Origin: Paramecium tetraurelia
Taxonomy: Eukaryota
Direction: 5' to 3'
NCBI GenBank assembly: GCA_000165425.1
Contig: CT868418.1
Coordinates: 248,001 to 312,000, forward strand
Length of the DNA: 64,000 bases
Position 1 is the stretch's first letter. The number at the start of each line of letters is the position of its first letter. Positions 1 to 13,838 of this stretch are shown piece after piece. The notes under the pieces were generated by a model. It did not search any database. It worked only from the letters and a program-made list of their open reading frames with translations, and was not told where the DNA came from. The position numbers were made by a program, and so were the translations under genes.

Positions 1-522
1 AAATCTCAATAAATTACTAGAATAACCTAATCTGCAAATGATTGGTTGAATATTAATTCTAATTAAATAAGTATCAATCCAAATTTCCATAGAGTGTTAG
101 GATATATGAGGAACCTTTGCGAAAGTAAAGAATTTCAAGGAAATTAGATACTTTTGTTCATTTATCAAAATAATATTGTTAGAGATGAACCAATTAAGTG
201 CTATGTATTTAAACAAACCATTGATTTGAATTTAATTGCAATCCTCTAAATTTCAATGCAGATGGCTAGATTAATACTTAAATTAAAATTAGAATTTTTA
301 GAATTATGTATTTAAATGCTCAAAAGTGATAATTTCAAATTAGCAACATGATAAATCAAATACAATCTAATTTTACAATAGCTTTGATAGAAATCAAGGC
401 TATCATAATTCTATGAATTAGTAGAGAATTGGTTAGTAATGGTTTAAATTAAATTAATACATGTAATTTAGAATTCTTACAGTCGAGTAATAATTGGTCA
501 TTGATGATATAGATATGCTATG
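1..522 (+). CDS. Probable 3' part of a hypothetical gene truncated by the window edge (frame and boundaries uncertain)
   Basis: TGA-free stretches under table 6 and an intron-like gttgaat...aataag near 45-71. No recognisable motif. Confidence 0.25.
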
Positions 523-619
523 ACAATTGCTCCAAATAATGACTAAAAGACACTATATTAGTTTAGGTAATTAATTAAGAGATAATTGAATATTTTATTG
601 ATTAAATAATTTTAAAATT

Positions 620-1822
620 ATGAGTCGTGCTTTATTTTTTAGTAAAAATTACTTAAGCAAAAAATTCAACGTTAGATAGCCAAATGAACTTTATAAGCAA
701 CTACTTAATAATATTCATCTATTCAAGGCTGATGAATTACAAAAAATTCCATCCGATGAATTAATACATTATATCATATTTTTTGGAACACATCCTGAAC
801 GTAGAAATTAAGGAGATAAAGCTAAGAAGATTACTTTAGAATGTCTTAAACAATATAAGAAAAAGATGACTAAAAATTCATATGAAATAAATTCATAAAT
901 ACTTTTATCGCTGAGCAATGTTTTATTGTATGATGATTAGATGGTCCAAGAATTAGTTCAATAGGTGGATCAAGACAAGGAAACTCTTTCAATCAAAGAT
1001 ATGATTAAATTTTAGCATTGTCTCTACAAACTCAATATCCATAATGAAAAGCTAAGTAATTATGTTCTTGATCAATTTCTTAAACAGAAGGAATAAATAG
1101 ATTATTTAGAATACATTCACGACCTTCATATTAGATCAAATCTTCTCTAGATGGGCTTGATTGATGAAAAAATCGTTCTCACTTTGTTATAAGGATTTTA
1201 GGCAAAATTAAATTCAACTTAAAATTCTTATTATACGTCTAAATCTTGCTTTTAATATTGTTAGCTTATGTATAATTTATATCCAGAGATAATTGAGAAA
1301 CCATTTTTTGAATTACACCCCAAAGAAGATAACATATTTGCTGGATTATTTAAGGATTTGATGTAGGACTATGTGATAAGCAAATAACTTGTCGATCGTA
1401 AAAAGTTTTATTAATCTTTTGAATATTATATAAATTTCTAGAATATGAATGTATTGAAAGCCAAAGAAGATGCTATATTGAGAAGCTTAACCGAACTTGA
1501 ATAAAATGTGTAAGATTTACTTAATGCATTAAATTATAAAAACTCAAGAGCACACAGAGTTTTGATTTATGACATAGATTATTTAGTTAAAGATAACATC
1601 ATTTTAACATGTAATGACCCAGTTCATTTCGTGGAAGATTTCGATGGAAAGATCTTAACCATTAATCCAAATCATATCATGTAGAGCAGGTATTCATTTA
1701 TTAATAAGTAGAGGCATTTGAGTGCCACAAATAAATACAAGGTTTTCGACATAAATTATCACGAGTGGATACATTTGAACGAATAACAAAAGATTGACAA
1801 ATTAAAATCGTTAATAGATTGA
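620..1822 (+). CDS. RAP-domain (FASTK-like) putative organellar RNA-binding protein, 400 aa
   Basis: Intronless ATG620-TGA1822 (1203 nt) under table 6. C-terminus YDIDYL..IILTCNDPVHF...YKVFDINYHEWIHLNEQQKIDKL resembles the RAP domain. The basic N-terminus MSRALFFSK could be a mitochondrial presequence. Confidence 0.6.
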
Positions 1823-2070
1823 TATATGAATATTGTAAATCAAATATAATTTCATTTTCACCTAAAATGTTTCAGAAGCATAGCTTAGGGGATAAATTTA
1901 GGAATTCTGTCAAGCTTATTCTATTTTCCAATCAAAATTTATATCCGAAACCACACTCTCCTCTTCAATCTAATTATAGAACAAAGGGATAATTATTAAT
2001 AAATAAAAACAATGTAAAATTATTGTTATAAAAGGGTTTATCAATAAAATAAATTTATTAAAAATTTGAA

Positions 2071-5000
2071 ATGGCTGAACATGAACATGAACATGAATTT
2101 GAGGGCGGTGAAGAAGAATTAGAAGCTCCCAAGGATTCTTTATGGAGAGATGAACATGCTATGGAGAAATCTGCAAATATAGTATATTTTTTAACTCTTG
2201 GAATTGTTGCAGGGTTGATTCTCAGAGAGATCAATAAAAAAACAAAGTAAAGCATAATTTTATTGAGTAGATTTCCATACTCACCAATGATATTATCATT
2301 AGGCATATTAATAGGATTGCTGTAGAAAAGTTTAGGATACATAGGTGAAAGTGCAAGCATTTTGTCAAAAATGCATCCACATCTGATCGTATTTGTCTTT
2401 ATTCCAGTTTTACTCTTTGAATCAGCATTTAATTGTGATTGGTATACTTTTAAGTATCAGATGGTGAATATTTTATTGTTAGCAGGTCCAGGATGTGGTT
2501 GGGTAATATCTTTTCTAAATTTAGGGTGCAATTCTTTTGGGAGGAATTTTCAAATTAGTCTTGTAATATGATGATAATGATATGACATGGTATTAAGCAT
2601 TTACACTTGGTTCAGTGTTGTCAGCAACAGATCCAGTGGCTGTGGTGGCATTACTTAAAGAATTAGGTGCAAGTTTAGCATTCAACCATTTAATTGAAGG
2701 GTATTAAATTACTATATTTAAGAGAAGCCTTGCTCAATGATGGTGTTGCAATGGTGTTTTTTATCTTCTTTAACAAGTTTTCAAAGGCTTAAAGTGGAAA
2801 GGGGGAAGCTGTTACTGCAAGTTAAGTGGTCATAAATTTCGTAAGAAACTCTATGGTAGGTCCAGCATTAGGTTTGGTCTTGGGTATATTGGCAGCATTA
2901 TGGACAAAGAGAATTTTGGGAGATGATATAGAAGTAACTTGGCTTACCTTTGTGTTTACGTATCTTACTTTTTATTGGGCAGAATTTTGCTTTTTTAAAA
3001 CAAGTGGTTTGTTAGCAGTAGTAGGATTAGGATTGTTTTGGAGTGCATTTGGTAAAACTAGGATTAGATCTTCTGTTGAGCATTCAGTTCATACTGTTTG
3101 GGGATTTGTCTAATACTCTTGTGATACATTAGTATTTGTATTGGTTGGAATTATTGTAGGAACATAAGTGATTGAAGAAACATTTATTCACAAATCTGAT
3201 TATATTAGAATGATTGTGTTTTACTTTTTTATGATTCTCGCTAGATTCATTATGATTTTAACATTTTGGCCATTTTTAAGATGTTTTGGCTACCCTATCT
3301 CTAAACCAGAATTTATTGTGTTGGTATATGGTGGTTTAAGAGGAGCTTTGGGTTTAACACTTTCACTTATGGTTGGTTGTGATGAAGAATTACCAGCAAG
3401 ATTTAGACATTTATCAGTATTTTATGCAGCAGGAATGGCTGCAATAACTAATTTAGTTAATGGTACAACTTGCAAAGCTCTAGTGTAATATTTGGAAATG
3501 ATTGAAAATCCTGTCGTGAAAAAGAAAGTTTATAAGAAATATTTAGAAGAGTTAATAGTTAATTCTTAGGATAAAATGAGAGAATTGGAATCAGATCAAT
3601 TTTATAGTATGGCTGATTGGAATTAAGTGAATTAACTGATTGGGTAACCTAAATTTATAGAGAAGATCGAGAAGCTGGAGACAGAGATTAAATATATGGT
3701 TGGAAGTAATAAAGTTGCAGCCAATTCATCAAATTTATATGAAGGATTAACAGATCAGGAAATCTTTGGAGAAGTCAGATATAGAATCTATAGAATTCTC
3801 AAAGGATTGTATTATGATAAATTTGAATATGGATTATGTGAAGAAGATACAGTTAGATTGCTAGTAGAATCTAGCGATATTGGATTAGATCACACAAAAT
3901 CTATCCTTAATATTTGGGATCAATTATACAAGAATTTCCTTAATTTTAGTAGTGTTAATTTCTTTTTAAAAGTAAAAGAGATACCTTTGATTGGATCATT
4001 TGCCAAAGAGTACATGATTAAACATTTAGGTTTCGTGTATGATGTCACTACTACATTTTTATCATGTGCGAATGAAGCCTTACATTTAACAGACAGCTTT
4101 CCTATGGGCAAGGATGCAGTTAGACTTGTAATGGAAGAAATTTCAAGGGAAATTGAGAAGGCTGAAGGCTATTTGGGGATATTGAATGATACATTTCCAG
4201 AGATTGTTAGAGCAATTTAAACAAAGAGGGCATCTCATTCAATTTTAACTCATCAAAGACATTATCTTGATGATACTCAATAAAATGGACTTGTAGATGA
4301 AAAGGAGTATTAATTATTAAAGAAGGAAATTAATAATAGATTAGTTGACTTAGAAAATCATCAATTTGAAATGATTTTACCTTCATTTCATGTTTTGGCT
4401 ATGGAATTCCCAATATTTTCAGGACTAGTTTCTACTGATTTGGATAACATAATTAAGAGTGCTTATGAAAAGAGATTTGGTTGTGATGAAATAATATATG
4501 AGTAAGGAATGACATGTCAAAATATATTCATTATTAGCAAAGGCAATGTAGTTGATGAATTTTAGGGAGGTTCTATTAAAAAAGGTTTAGGATCATTAAT
4601 CTCTTACACTAATTTAATTGGGGAAGGTACTTGCATGAGTACAGCTAAAGCAACTGCTGACTCCTTGCTGTATTCCTTAAATTTAAAGATTCTTAAAGAC
4701 CTCATGTAAAGAAATCCTGAGTTTGAATTCAAAATTTATATCAATTCTATAGGTAATTCTTAATTTTATACTAGAATACTTAAGAAAAATGTTTGAGAGC
4801 TAAGCAGGTCCACTGGCCAATTTGGAAATCAAAAGACTATTAGACTTTTTTAGAACTAAGAGCAAGCTTAAGAAATTAACATAAAATCAAAAATGTGATT
4901 TTATCTTTGGAGGTTACTTATTTAGAGGAGAATTGAAGGATATTAACAGCAAAGTTTATCCTCAATATTCGTAAGTTTAATTGTTAAATCATTAGGTACA

Positions 5001-5191
5001 TTCCTCCTTAAGAAACAGAATGTCTAGTAAGTAAAGATACCATTTGCTTGGTTTTTGAAGATCAAGTAGATTCACTCAACAATCAAATGCTCAAACAGTT
5101 AGATTTAGATCCTCACAAGGATTAATAGATTTCGGAGAGATATTCCTAAATCAAACGTACTTCAATACAAGATAAGAAAAAACATCATTGA
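2071..5191 (+). CDS. CPA1 Na+/H+ exchanger, SOS1/NHX7-like, with a C-terminal cyclic-nucleotide-binding-like domain
   Basis: Motifs FIPVLLFESA, LSATDPVAVVALLKELG, IEGEALLNDG and YGGLRGALGLTL. C-terminal FPIFSGL...EIIYEQG...IFIISKGNV is CNBD-like. Several short GT..AG introns. Confidence 0.9.
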
Positions 5192-5305
5192 ATATGTGTA
5201 ATTTTTATCCATAAATTTTAAGAGAGATTCATATCTCAAGGCTTTATTTTTTCTATTTTGGATGTTTATAAAAACTTATTTATTATTTAATATATATATA
5301 AATTA

Positions 5306-7904
5306 ATGCAAAGTGTAACCTCTATAGAAGTACCTACAAATTTGCTTAAAATGCCAATAATTAAGAATAAGGATATAATGGAGAAGAAATGTAATTATCT
5401 AATTAAGCTAATAAGATGAATATGATAAAGTTGGAAAGAATTAAAATGTTATTGTTGAACCTGCAGTAGTTAAATTTTGTGGTTTTGAAATCGGCAAACT
5501 AAATGAGATTAAAGTGAGAGTCATCAATAAAAACAAACAACCTCAGAGAATCTACGTGTTTCCACCTAAATCAGAAATATTTAATGTCAAATTTGATAAA
5601 AAAGGTGCTATACCAAGTGGAATGGCTGAAGAACTCTACGTCTAATTCAAGCCTCAAGAATACAAATACTTTTATGATGTTATAAGAATCAACACCCAAG
5701 ATGACACTTTACTAATACCAATACATGCTTATCCTGCCCTCAATCGAGATGGATTAAGAGAATTGTTTCCTCGATTGATCGATTTTGGCACTCTCGATAT
5801 AGGTGAGTCTTAAACATATGTAAAATGCTATTATTATGCTAGAGCTATCCTATATAAAGCAAAGTGCCTCTTAATTTCGAGTTTGAATTCAGCATCACAA
5901 AACCTTGTTAAGATATTAAAATCGATCCAATCAAAGGTATCGTCCCAGGCAAAGGAAGCATAGATATTTCTATAACATATTGTCCATAAGTCAATGTGAC
6001 AGAAATTATGGAAGTGGAGGTAAGATCATCTAAATAATTTATAGCTTAAAATAGCTCAATTTGATTTCGAACCATTGTGTATCAAAATTATGGGATCTGG
6101 TAGGTTCCCTGAAAATAAAAAAACCATGAGACCTAGTTCAAATAAAAAATTAAAATCAATTACTAATTCTTCAAGAGCTAAACCTCTTTAGAACACTCAA
6201 GAAATACCTGTTGAAGAGAGTCCAAAACCTGATGAAACACAATAAATTGAGAACCAAGTATAAGAGCGATCAAAACCCTTGAAAATGACTAAAAGCACTA
6301 AATTAAAAAGATCTAAATCTCAATAACAAGAAACCAGTGATAATATCGGACTTGATAAACTTAAAGGCAGACAAGTAAAGTATTAAATGACAAAAGTTAT
6401 TAGAAAAATCGTATTTAGATCACTTTAATCAAATCTAAAGTTTGGATAAGGAAAAAGAAATGAGATTTTTTTAATGCGTTGGTGATCCACCAATAACTGA
6501 AACTTAAGTAGAAGACATTCTACTAGAAAGACAATAATATCTTAATAACTATCTAGACGACGTCTAAGCTAAAGGAACAACAAGATATACATTATTGGTT
6601 AATTCTGATAGTACAATTGTGGATTACATTCTGCCTGAACATCAGCAGAGTTGGGATTTGGATAAGAATGACACAATGAAAATTAAGAAACTAGTAAAAT
6701 TTATAGTAAATTCATTTAGAATTTGAGAAAGTTTGTATGTGCTGCTAGTAGAATTATCTACAAATTAAGGATGGAAAAAAGATTATCAAAATTAAAGGCA
6801 TTTTTAAAAGGAGCAACTACAAGAGCAGAAGTCAAATAACTTGTAAATTTGGATTGCTAAAAAGCAGAGCATTCAGGAGTTGGTAAAAAAGATTTTGTAT
6901 AAAATTTATTTAAATATTCAGGTCAAATTTACCTTTGAATTCAACTCAGATAATATTGGATTCTTGAAATTACCAGTTTAATATTCAGAATCCAATACAA
7001 ATTCCTCATTTAAATATACTATCACACCACAAACTGGGTTTGATGACCTAGCTCCTTTTGATGAGTTACCAAGTGATGATTGTGAAATCATGTAATATAA
7101 AGTGTGGGAGCCTCCTTAAATTGTGTATCATCCACCTGTAATTGAAAAACCTTTGAGAGATGGGGCAGAAGAGGAAAAATCCCTTAGAGGTATTATGGGT
7201 CCAGTAACTTAAATACTTCAGACTTAAAATGATAATATTGTCAGGAACATATATTTAAAGCCACCTGATGTTGAAAGCTATCAAATCCTTAAAACCAATA
7301 AGACCTTAAGATTATATCAATAATTTAATGATGGCACTCCTTTGAATACCTTCTATCCTCTCATGTTTAGTAAAGTGAATGGAATAGGGGCTGATCTAGA
7401 TCCAGATATTGCCTAGAATCACTAAATTCTAAAGCAGGAATTTATCAATAGAACACCTGGTTATCAGAATCTAAATCTTGTTTATGAACTTCCATTGGAT
7501 CAATTCTACTATCAGGAGAAAAACATGCAGTTAGCTTACGATTTTGGATTTGATGAGCAAATAGAATTCTACTGTCCAACAATAATGGCAGAAAAAGAAT
7601 TGGATGATCAGATGACGGATGATGATAGTGATGAGGATAAGCCTCCTCAGATAAATGTTGTGGATTAGAATGATTGGCTTACTAAACTTGAATAGGATGA
7701 TAAAACTATAACGACTTTGAGACAATCAGAAATTATTGATTCCTTTGAGCAACTAAAAGAGAAATTAGATTCAAATTTGACGTAATAAAATTAATAGATA
7801 TTTATAGTTTGGAAAAGAATAAATGGATTTCAACGGTTCCTTCTAAAACTAGTGACTTCAATAAGTTTATTGTTAGAAATGAAAATAAAATGGTCATATT
7901 ATGA
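5306..7904 (+). CDS. CFAP221: Cilia- and flagella-associated protein 221 (PCDP1) homologue
   Basis: N-terminal VEPAVVKFCGF...RIYVFPP...KKGAIPSGMAE...FKPQEYKYFYDVIRI...LLIPIHAYP matches the PCDP1/CFAP221 signature. Multiple short introns. Confidence 0.75.
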
Positions 7905-8071
7905 TTTATAATATTTCCAACATACATTTATATAATAAATTAATAAACACTATAAGGAACCCTTAAACTAGATTGTCTAATTTTTTAATTGAAATATTAA
8001 GAACAGCTCTTATATGGATGTTGGTTGGATGTTAAGAAAGTTTTAATGTTTATATATGAATATTATTTATT

Positions 8072-9489
8072 ATGCTTGACTTTGAAAAAGATTTTTATAA
8101 GTTTGTTAAGGCTTAATTAGACAAAAAAAAAGGGATCAAATAGAATGGAACAGATGAATCATCTGATGAAGAGGAGACACTCAAGAGTAATTTTATATTT
8201 CTTATAAAGAAAATAGGCTAGTAAGTGAGAACATCAATAAAGTACTTTAAAATGAGAGAAAAAAGATGAAAATCAGCAAAATATCTAAGGAGCAGCATTT
8301 TGAGAATAAAATGAAGGATTTTGCCAACATGGACACATTTATTGATGTTAAACATTTTCTGAAGAACCTCAACGATTCATAAAAGAAAAAAACGCATAAA
8401 AGAGTGTTTAAGTCATTCAAACGTGGTTCTTCAGACAGTGACAACGAGGATTTATTTGATTACGCAGAAATTGTCTCAAAAAGTAAGTAGTACATTGCAA
8501 AATCTCAAAAACTTAGAGCCAAACCAAATATCGAAAGCTACCTTCAATTTGAAGAATAACAACATTAGAAAACTGAGAAAGCAGATGAGGGGAAAACGAC
8601 AAATGAAAAGTTCTACACTGGAATTGATAAATTAATAACAGATATTAATCACAAAAATGCTCAATCTGAAATAGATAAATAATATGAAAAAGAGAAAAAA
8701 AGACACAGAGATTCCATGAATTCAGAATAATATATCCCATAAATTCATCATTTAGATTTCGGAAGAGATGAAGTAACTATTAAAGCAGGAAAGAAATTCA
8801 AAGAATAGTCTAAAAAGGTTTTATAACTTCTAGAGAAAACAACAAAAATGTTGTATAGAAATAGATTGCCCCAACCTCCTAATCCGAAAATCTTAAAACA
8901 ATAATAACAATAATTGAAAGAATTAAAAGAATTAAAAGAATTGAAATCACATCCTATATCTGTTGAAATCAGAAGTTCGAAACAAATCCTAACTAAAAGT
9001 CGTAGTATTAGCAAAGATATTAAATTACCCACAATTAATGGACAAATCAAAGGTAAAATTGTAAAAAGGATTACTCCCTTACATAGATTAAGTCAAGCAA
9101 GCTTACCAGAAATTAAGCCAGCATCTTTTGTGTCTCTTAGAGAAGATAAAATTTTAGAAGATTTCCATTACTTTAAAAGCTAGAAGCATATTGTAAAGTA
9201 AAACTCTCTACCCAATAATTTCAGCCATCATAGCCTAAGCTTTGATGTAAAAAATTAGATTTGTGATTTTATTACTTAAGTAAATTTTATGATATTTATT
9301 CTAGTTGGATAATGCTTAGGAGTAGTTCTAGAGGATGTATCCTTCTGATAATTAATTATAAAAAATATAGAATAATATGAGTAGAAAAATGAATAAGATT
9401 GGCAAAACTCCTTTGGAAAGCTTGAAATATTTGACTAGAAGAAAATTTAATTTTTCTAGAAAATTGGAGTTAAAAAGCAAAAAAAGTGA
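8072..9489 (+). CDS. Hypothetical protein, K/E/Q-rich
   Basis: ATG8072 to TGA9489 with short introns. Contains a KELKELKELK repeat. No recognisable domain. Confidence 0.6.
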
Positions 9490-9653
9490 AGCTCACCATC
9501 AAATTTTTTGAATAAAAGTGATTACAATTATATTAAATCTAAATTTTTAGTTGAACTTTTAAACTTAAATATAAAATCAATTCTGTTACTTCCTTATACC
9601 TAATATATATCAATTATTTCTTAATTATTTTCAAATTGATTTTATTATTGAAT

Positions 9654-11199
9654 ATGTCATCCATTCTTAATAAATTTAGAAAGCAACCTCAAAATGATGT
9701 GCCTGCAGGAATTAAAATAGAGAATACTCTATTTGGCTAGCCACAAGGAACTTATCAGCCACCCATAATTCCATCTGTTTAATTGTCTCAAACTAACTAA
9801 CCGAGATAAAAAGGAAGACCCGGAGGAGGTACAATAACTCTATAATTTTTTAGGCTGGGATGATGAGCCTGAACCATAATAGCAATAATAATAAACATCT
9901 TCGAACATGCCTGCGAATACGATTAATCTAATTAATGATACTCCACCTAAGTAAAATGAAAATAAAGCAAACTTTGGCATACTACTACCACCCTAACCGT
10001 CCAATAACGACATACAATTAAGTAGAGTGAGTGAGTACAAAAAAGGACAACTATTAACTTATGAAGAATTAGAGATCGGTGGATTGTATTAATAATCTAT
10101 ATCATTTTAGTGAATTTGAGTTTCATATTGTAGAGGAAGCAATTAAATTAGGCGGTATTAAATTGAAGTAGAGTGATTCAGTCCTTAAGGAATTTGCAAG
10201 AGCTTGTCAAACTTTACAGGAATAATTGATAGGAAGCATTCTTTTGAATAAGCTCTATAGTGAAGAGAATTGGAAAGTTCAAATTGTAAACAAATTTAAT
10301 CAATTTGTAGAGATGCATTTATGCAATTCAATTTATTAGTTAATAATATCAAAACTATAGAGAATTCTTTTTAATTAATTAGAATTACCTAAAGATAGAT
10401 ACGGATTAATAAATATTAAAATCAGCCATTGAGTAAACTCTCTTAGAAATTAATGGACAGCAGACATAAAAGCAAAAGGTATTATTTAACTATATTTTCT
10501 AAGGAGATTTAATTTGAATTTCGTGAGCCTCCAAAGCCATAATAAAATGCAGTATAATAATAAGCAAATCTTTTTGAAATAGGAAATAATGAGGGTTAGC
10601 AAAAATAATAACAACAATAAAAACTAGATTTAAAATCTCTAAAAATAAAACAACCAGAAGTGAAGCAATAGACTCAATAAAATACTTAAATAGATTTATT
10701 AGAGGCATTCAATTAGATGTCTGTCTAAAATCCTAGTTAAAACTAATAGTAGCAATAAAATCAAGGAATTAACTTTGATGAAATATTAAATACTTAAACA
10801 ACTCAAACTGTATAATAGCCATAATAAAAAAAGAATGCTTTTGGTTTTCTCAAAAAAGATCAGCAATAATAACCTTAATAATAGCCACCTCAATAGTTAA
10901 AATAAGATTAAGCCTAATTAAACACACTTTTATTACAACCCCCTCAATAATTATACTAACAGCCAGCACCAAATCAATAATAGGCTTCAAATATTCCCTC
11001 TGGATAGCCATCAAATTTATATAACCTATAATAATAAGCTTAATTTGGATAACCAAATTACTCTTAGGCCTTTGCTCAGTTTAACATCCAATAATAACAA
11101 TACAATTTGGTTTAGTAAACTCAGTTCAGTTAAGAATAGCCATAATAAAAGCAACAGCCTGCACCAAAAGAGAATGCTTTTGATTTCCTAAATTTCTGA
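9654..11199 (+). CDS. Tepsin-like (AP-4 accessory) protein: VHS-like helical domain plus Q/P-rich tail ending in NAFDFLNF
   Basis: Central GGIKLK..DSVLKEFARACQTL...LLNKL...NWKVQI..IYAI resembles the tepsin VHS-like domain. Tail motifs NAFGFL and NAFDFLNF*. Several introns. Confidence 0.5.
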
Positions 11200-11230
11200 T
11201 TGTTATATAAAATATTAAATAAATTGCATA

Positions 11231-12020
11231 ATGTAAAAGAGCAATTCTTATCATATAAAGACACCAAGGAAATATCGACAACCAAATATTATATCATAAG
11301 AATTATTGTAAAAATTAACTCAAACGAAACTAGAAAATAGATAAGAGAAAGAATATTTTGATAAAAATGCATAAATCAATGAAGTCAAAAAAGTAAAATA
11401 AATTTCTAGATCCATTGAAGGAGGATCTCAAAGTTATAGAGAAATAGTATAATAAAGCTTACATCTTCTAAATTTAAACAAGGAAGGTTTAGCAAAGGAC
11501 TTCAGTTTGAATAAAAATTAAAATGATGAGATCCAAAGCACAGAAAAAAAGTCAAGGCATGTCAGTCATGTTAGTTAAATATGGACGAAAAGGAATAGAA
11601 CTGATAGCAATTCCTTAACTCCAAGAAAGGTAGGCGTAAATGATTTTATTCTAAATGCAAATGCTTTTTTAAAAGAAAAACAATTGGAAAATTAATTAGA
11701 CAGGCTGTCCTATTAAATAGTATAACTTTAAAATAAATCTAATAAGTTGGAAATACAAAATAGAATGCTGTATGCAAATATATAGCAATATTAGTAAGAT
11801 TCTCATCACCTAAAAGTAATATGACTTTTATAATTAGGATAGGAACTCTCTTATTCAAAAACTAGATACAATGATTTTGATGTAGTAACGCTAGGAAGAA
11901 AATCTTAATTACTTTAAATAACTCTTTAAAGAGAATGGTAATGTAAACAAGAAAACACAAAATTCCCTCCCAAAACTTCGACAGGCAGGTTTATCAGCAT
12001 ATCTTGGTTTAAAAATTTGA
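11231..12020 (+). CDS. Hypothetical coiled-coil protein
   Basis: ATG11231, one 22-nt intron (11816-11837) that removes an in-frame TGA, and stop TGA12018-12020. Confidence 0.6.
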
Positions 12021-12058
12021 TTTAATTAATTCTTCGCCAATTTATATAAAATTCTTTA

Positions 12059-13657
12059 ATGCACAAAACTCATGACTAACTTACACAAGAAAGTTAACAA
12101 GATCTATTTAATGAAAATACAAACTCATCCTTGCTGGGAGTTAAATCCTATTAGTAGTACGCCTATAGATGGATAATTTTGATATGTTTCCTAGGTGTTG
12201 TATTTATAAATGGTATTGCATATCAAACATTTATTCCAAATGCAAAATAAGTATAATATGATGATAATTAAAGTTTATAGAATTATATGATGTAAGTGAG
12301 TAAATAATAACCTTATCTGGAACAATATTTTTGATAATGTAACCTGTGTTTACATTTTTTGCCTCATCATGTATCTATAAATTTAAAATAAGTCATTGTT
12401 AAGAAAGGATTCGCGCTATCGTTAAATTTTGGTGTTTTGTTAACAATAATTGGCTATGGAATAAGATTATTTATAAATAAATTTTCATTTTCAATAGTTA
12501 TTTTAGGATAGGCATGTTTAGGGATTTCAAGACCCTTTATATTGAATGGCCAGATCACTATGGCATAAAATTGGTTTTATCCCTCGAATAGGACTGCTGT
12601 ATTAACAGCTTGCAATGCATTTTAAACATTTTCAATGATCATAAGTGTAATATGGCCAGCGAATTGGATTTTTCAAGATTATTCTTATACAGATGAGTTG
12701 AGAGAAAAAGGATTGGAATTGTCTTTGAAACTCTAATACTAATAGTTCTTCCTAAGTCTTGTTCTTATCCCTGTAATATTTTTAATTCGAAATAACCCAG
12801 TGACTCCTCCCTCAGGATTTATAACTGCAGACAATGAAGTTGGAGTTTCAGAGTCAATCAAAAAATTACTAAGAAATGGAAATTTCTTACTCATTCTTTT
12901 AACGTATAGTTTGTATTTTGGAACTATCAAGGGATATGGATTGAATGTGCCATATTTAATGTCTCCTTTCGGATTTATTGATACCAATTATTCAATTGCT
13001 TCTTCAATGCTAATAATTGGTGGGTTTATATCAGCAGGGATGGTCTCTAAGGTTGTTTAAAAATTTAAAAGGTATAAGGCTATAGGAATAGTTTTGCTTT
13101 CAATTTCCTTAGTCTTATCAATATTGACATATCCTATAATGATGACTAAGCAATTCATCCCTTTATGCATTTAATAGTTATTATTAGGATTTTTCTTAAT
13201 TCCTATGGTTCCAGTTTTAATGGAATTTGGATGTGAAGCCATATACCCATTGAATGGCAGTTTCTCTATTGGACTTATGGTCTCAGGGGCAACAATAGCA
13301 GCTTTATTGAGTAGCATTCTATTAACCTATACTGCAAAGGGTAAAGATAGTGACAAGTAAAGTGCATTAATAACTACTATCATATGCTGCAGCATATTTT
13401 TAATTGGATAAATATTATTTTTATTCACAAAAGAAATTGAAAACAGAACAAATAGACAGGAAAAGGAAAACAAAAATGTATTAAAATTAGACTCCTCTAA
13501 TACTAATAATAAGAATCATTAAACTTCAATTAATGAATCGTTTGATTCATTTAACAACAAAATCAAAGATGATTCTGCAAAAGAACATTTGATTATTGAT
13601 TAAAATGACTTTTTAAATAATGATGATGAGATAAGTAGAATTGACAAAAAAGATTGA
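12059..13657 (+). CDS. MFS transporter, FLVCR/SLC49-like
   Basis: YAYRWIIL N-terminal motif, AQNWFYPSNR, PVTPPS and EFGCEAIYP, with many hydrophobic helices. Short introns near 12250 and 12371. Confidence 0.8.
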
Positions 13658-13838
13658 TGAAAATAATGAATTTTAACAAAATATATAAATGATTTATAAT
13701 ATATATGGTTAATAATATTTAGTCTCATAGTAATAAATATAAATAAATTTTATTCTTATTAATAATTTTATATACGGTATTTGAAATAGAAATAATTAAG
13801 CAAACTAAATTAATTTGAATAAACTATATAAAATATTT

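Noticed and set aside
11231..13657. Fusion of the coiled-coil gene with the MFS transporter (same genomic frame)
   Set aside because: An in-frame TGA near 11822 is removed only by a 22-nt intron that shifts the frame to a stop at 12020.
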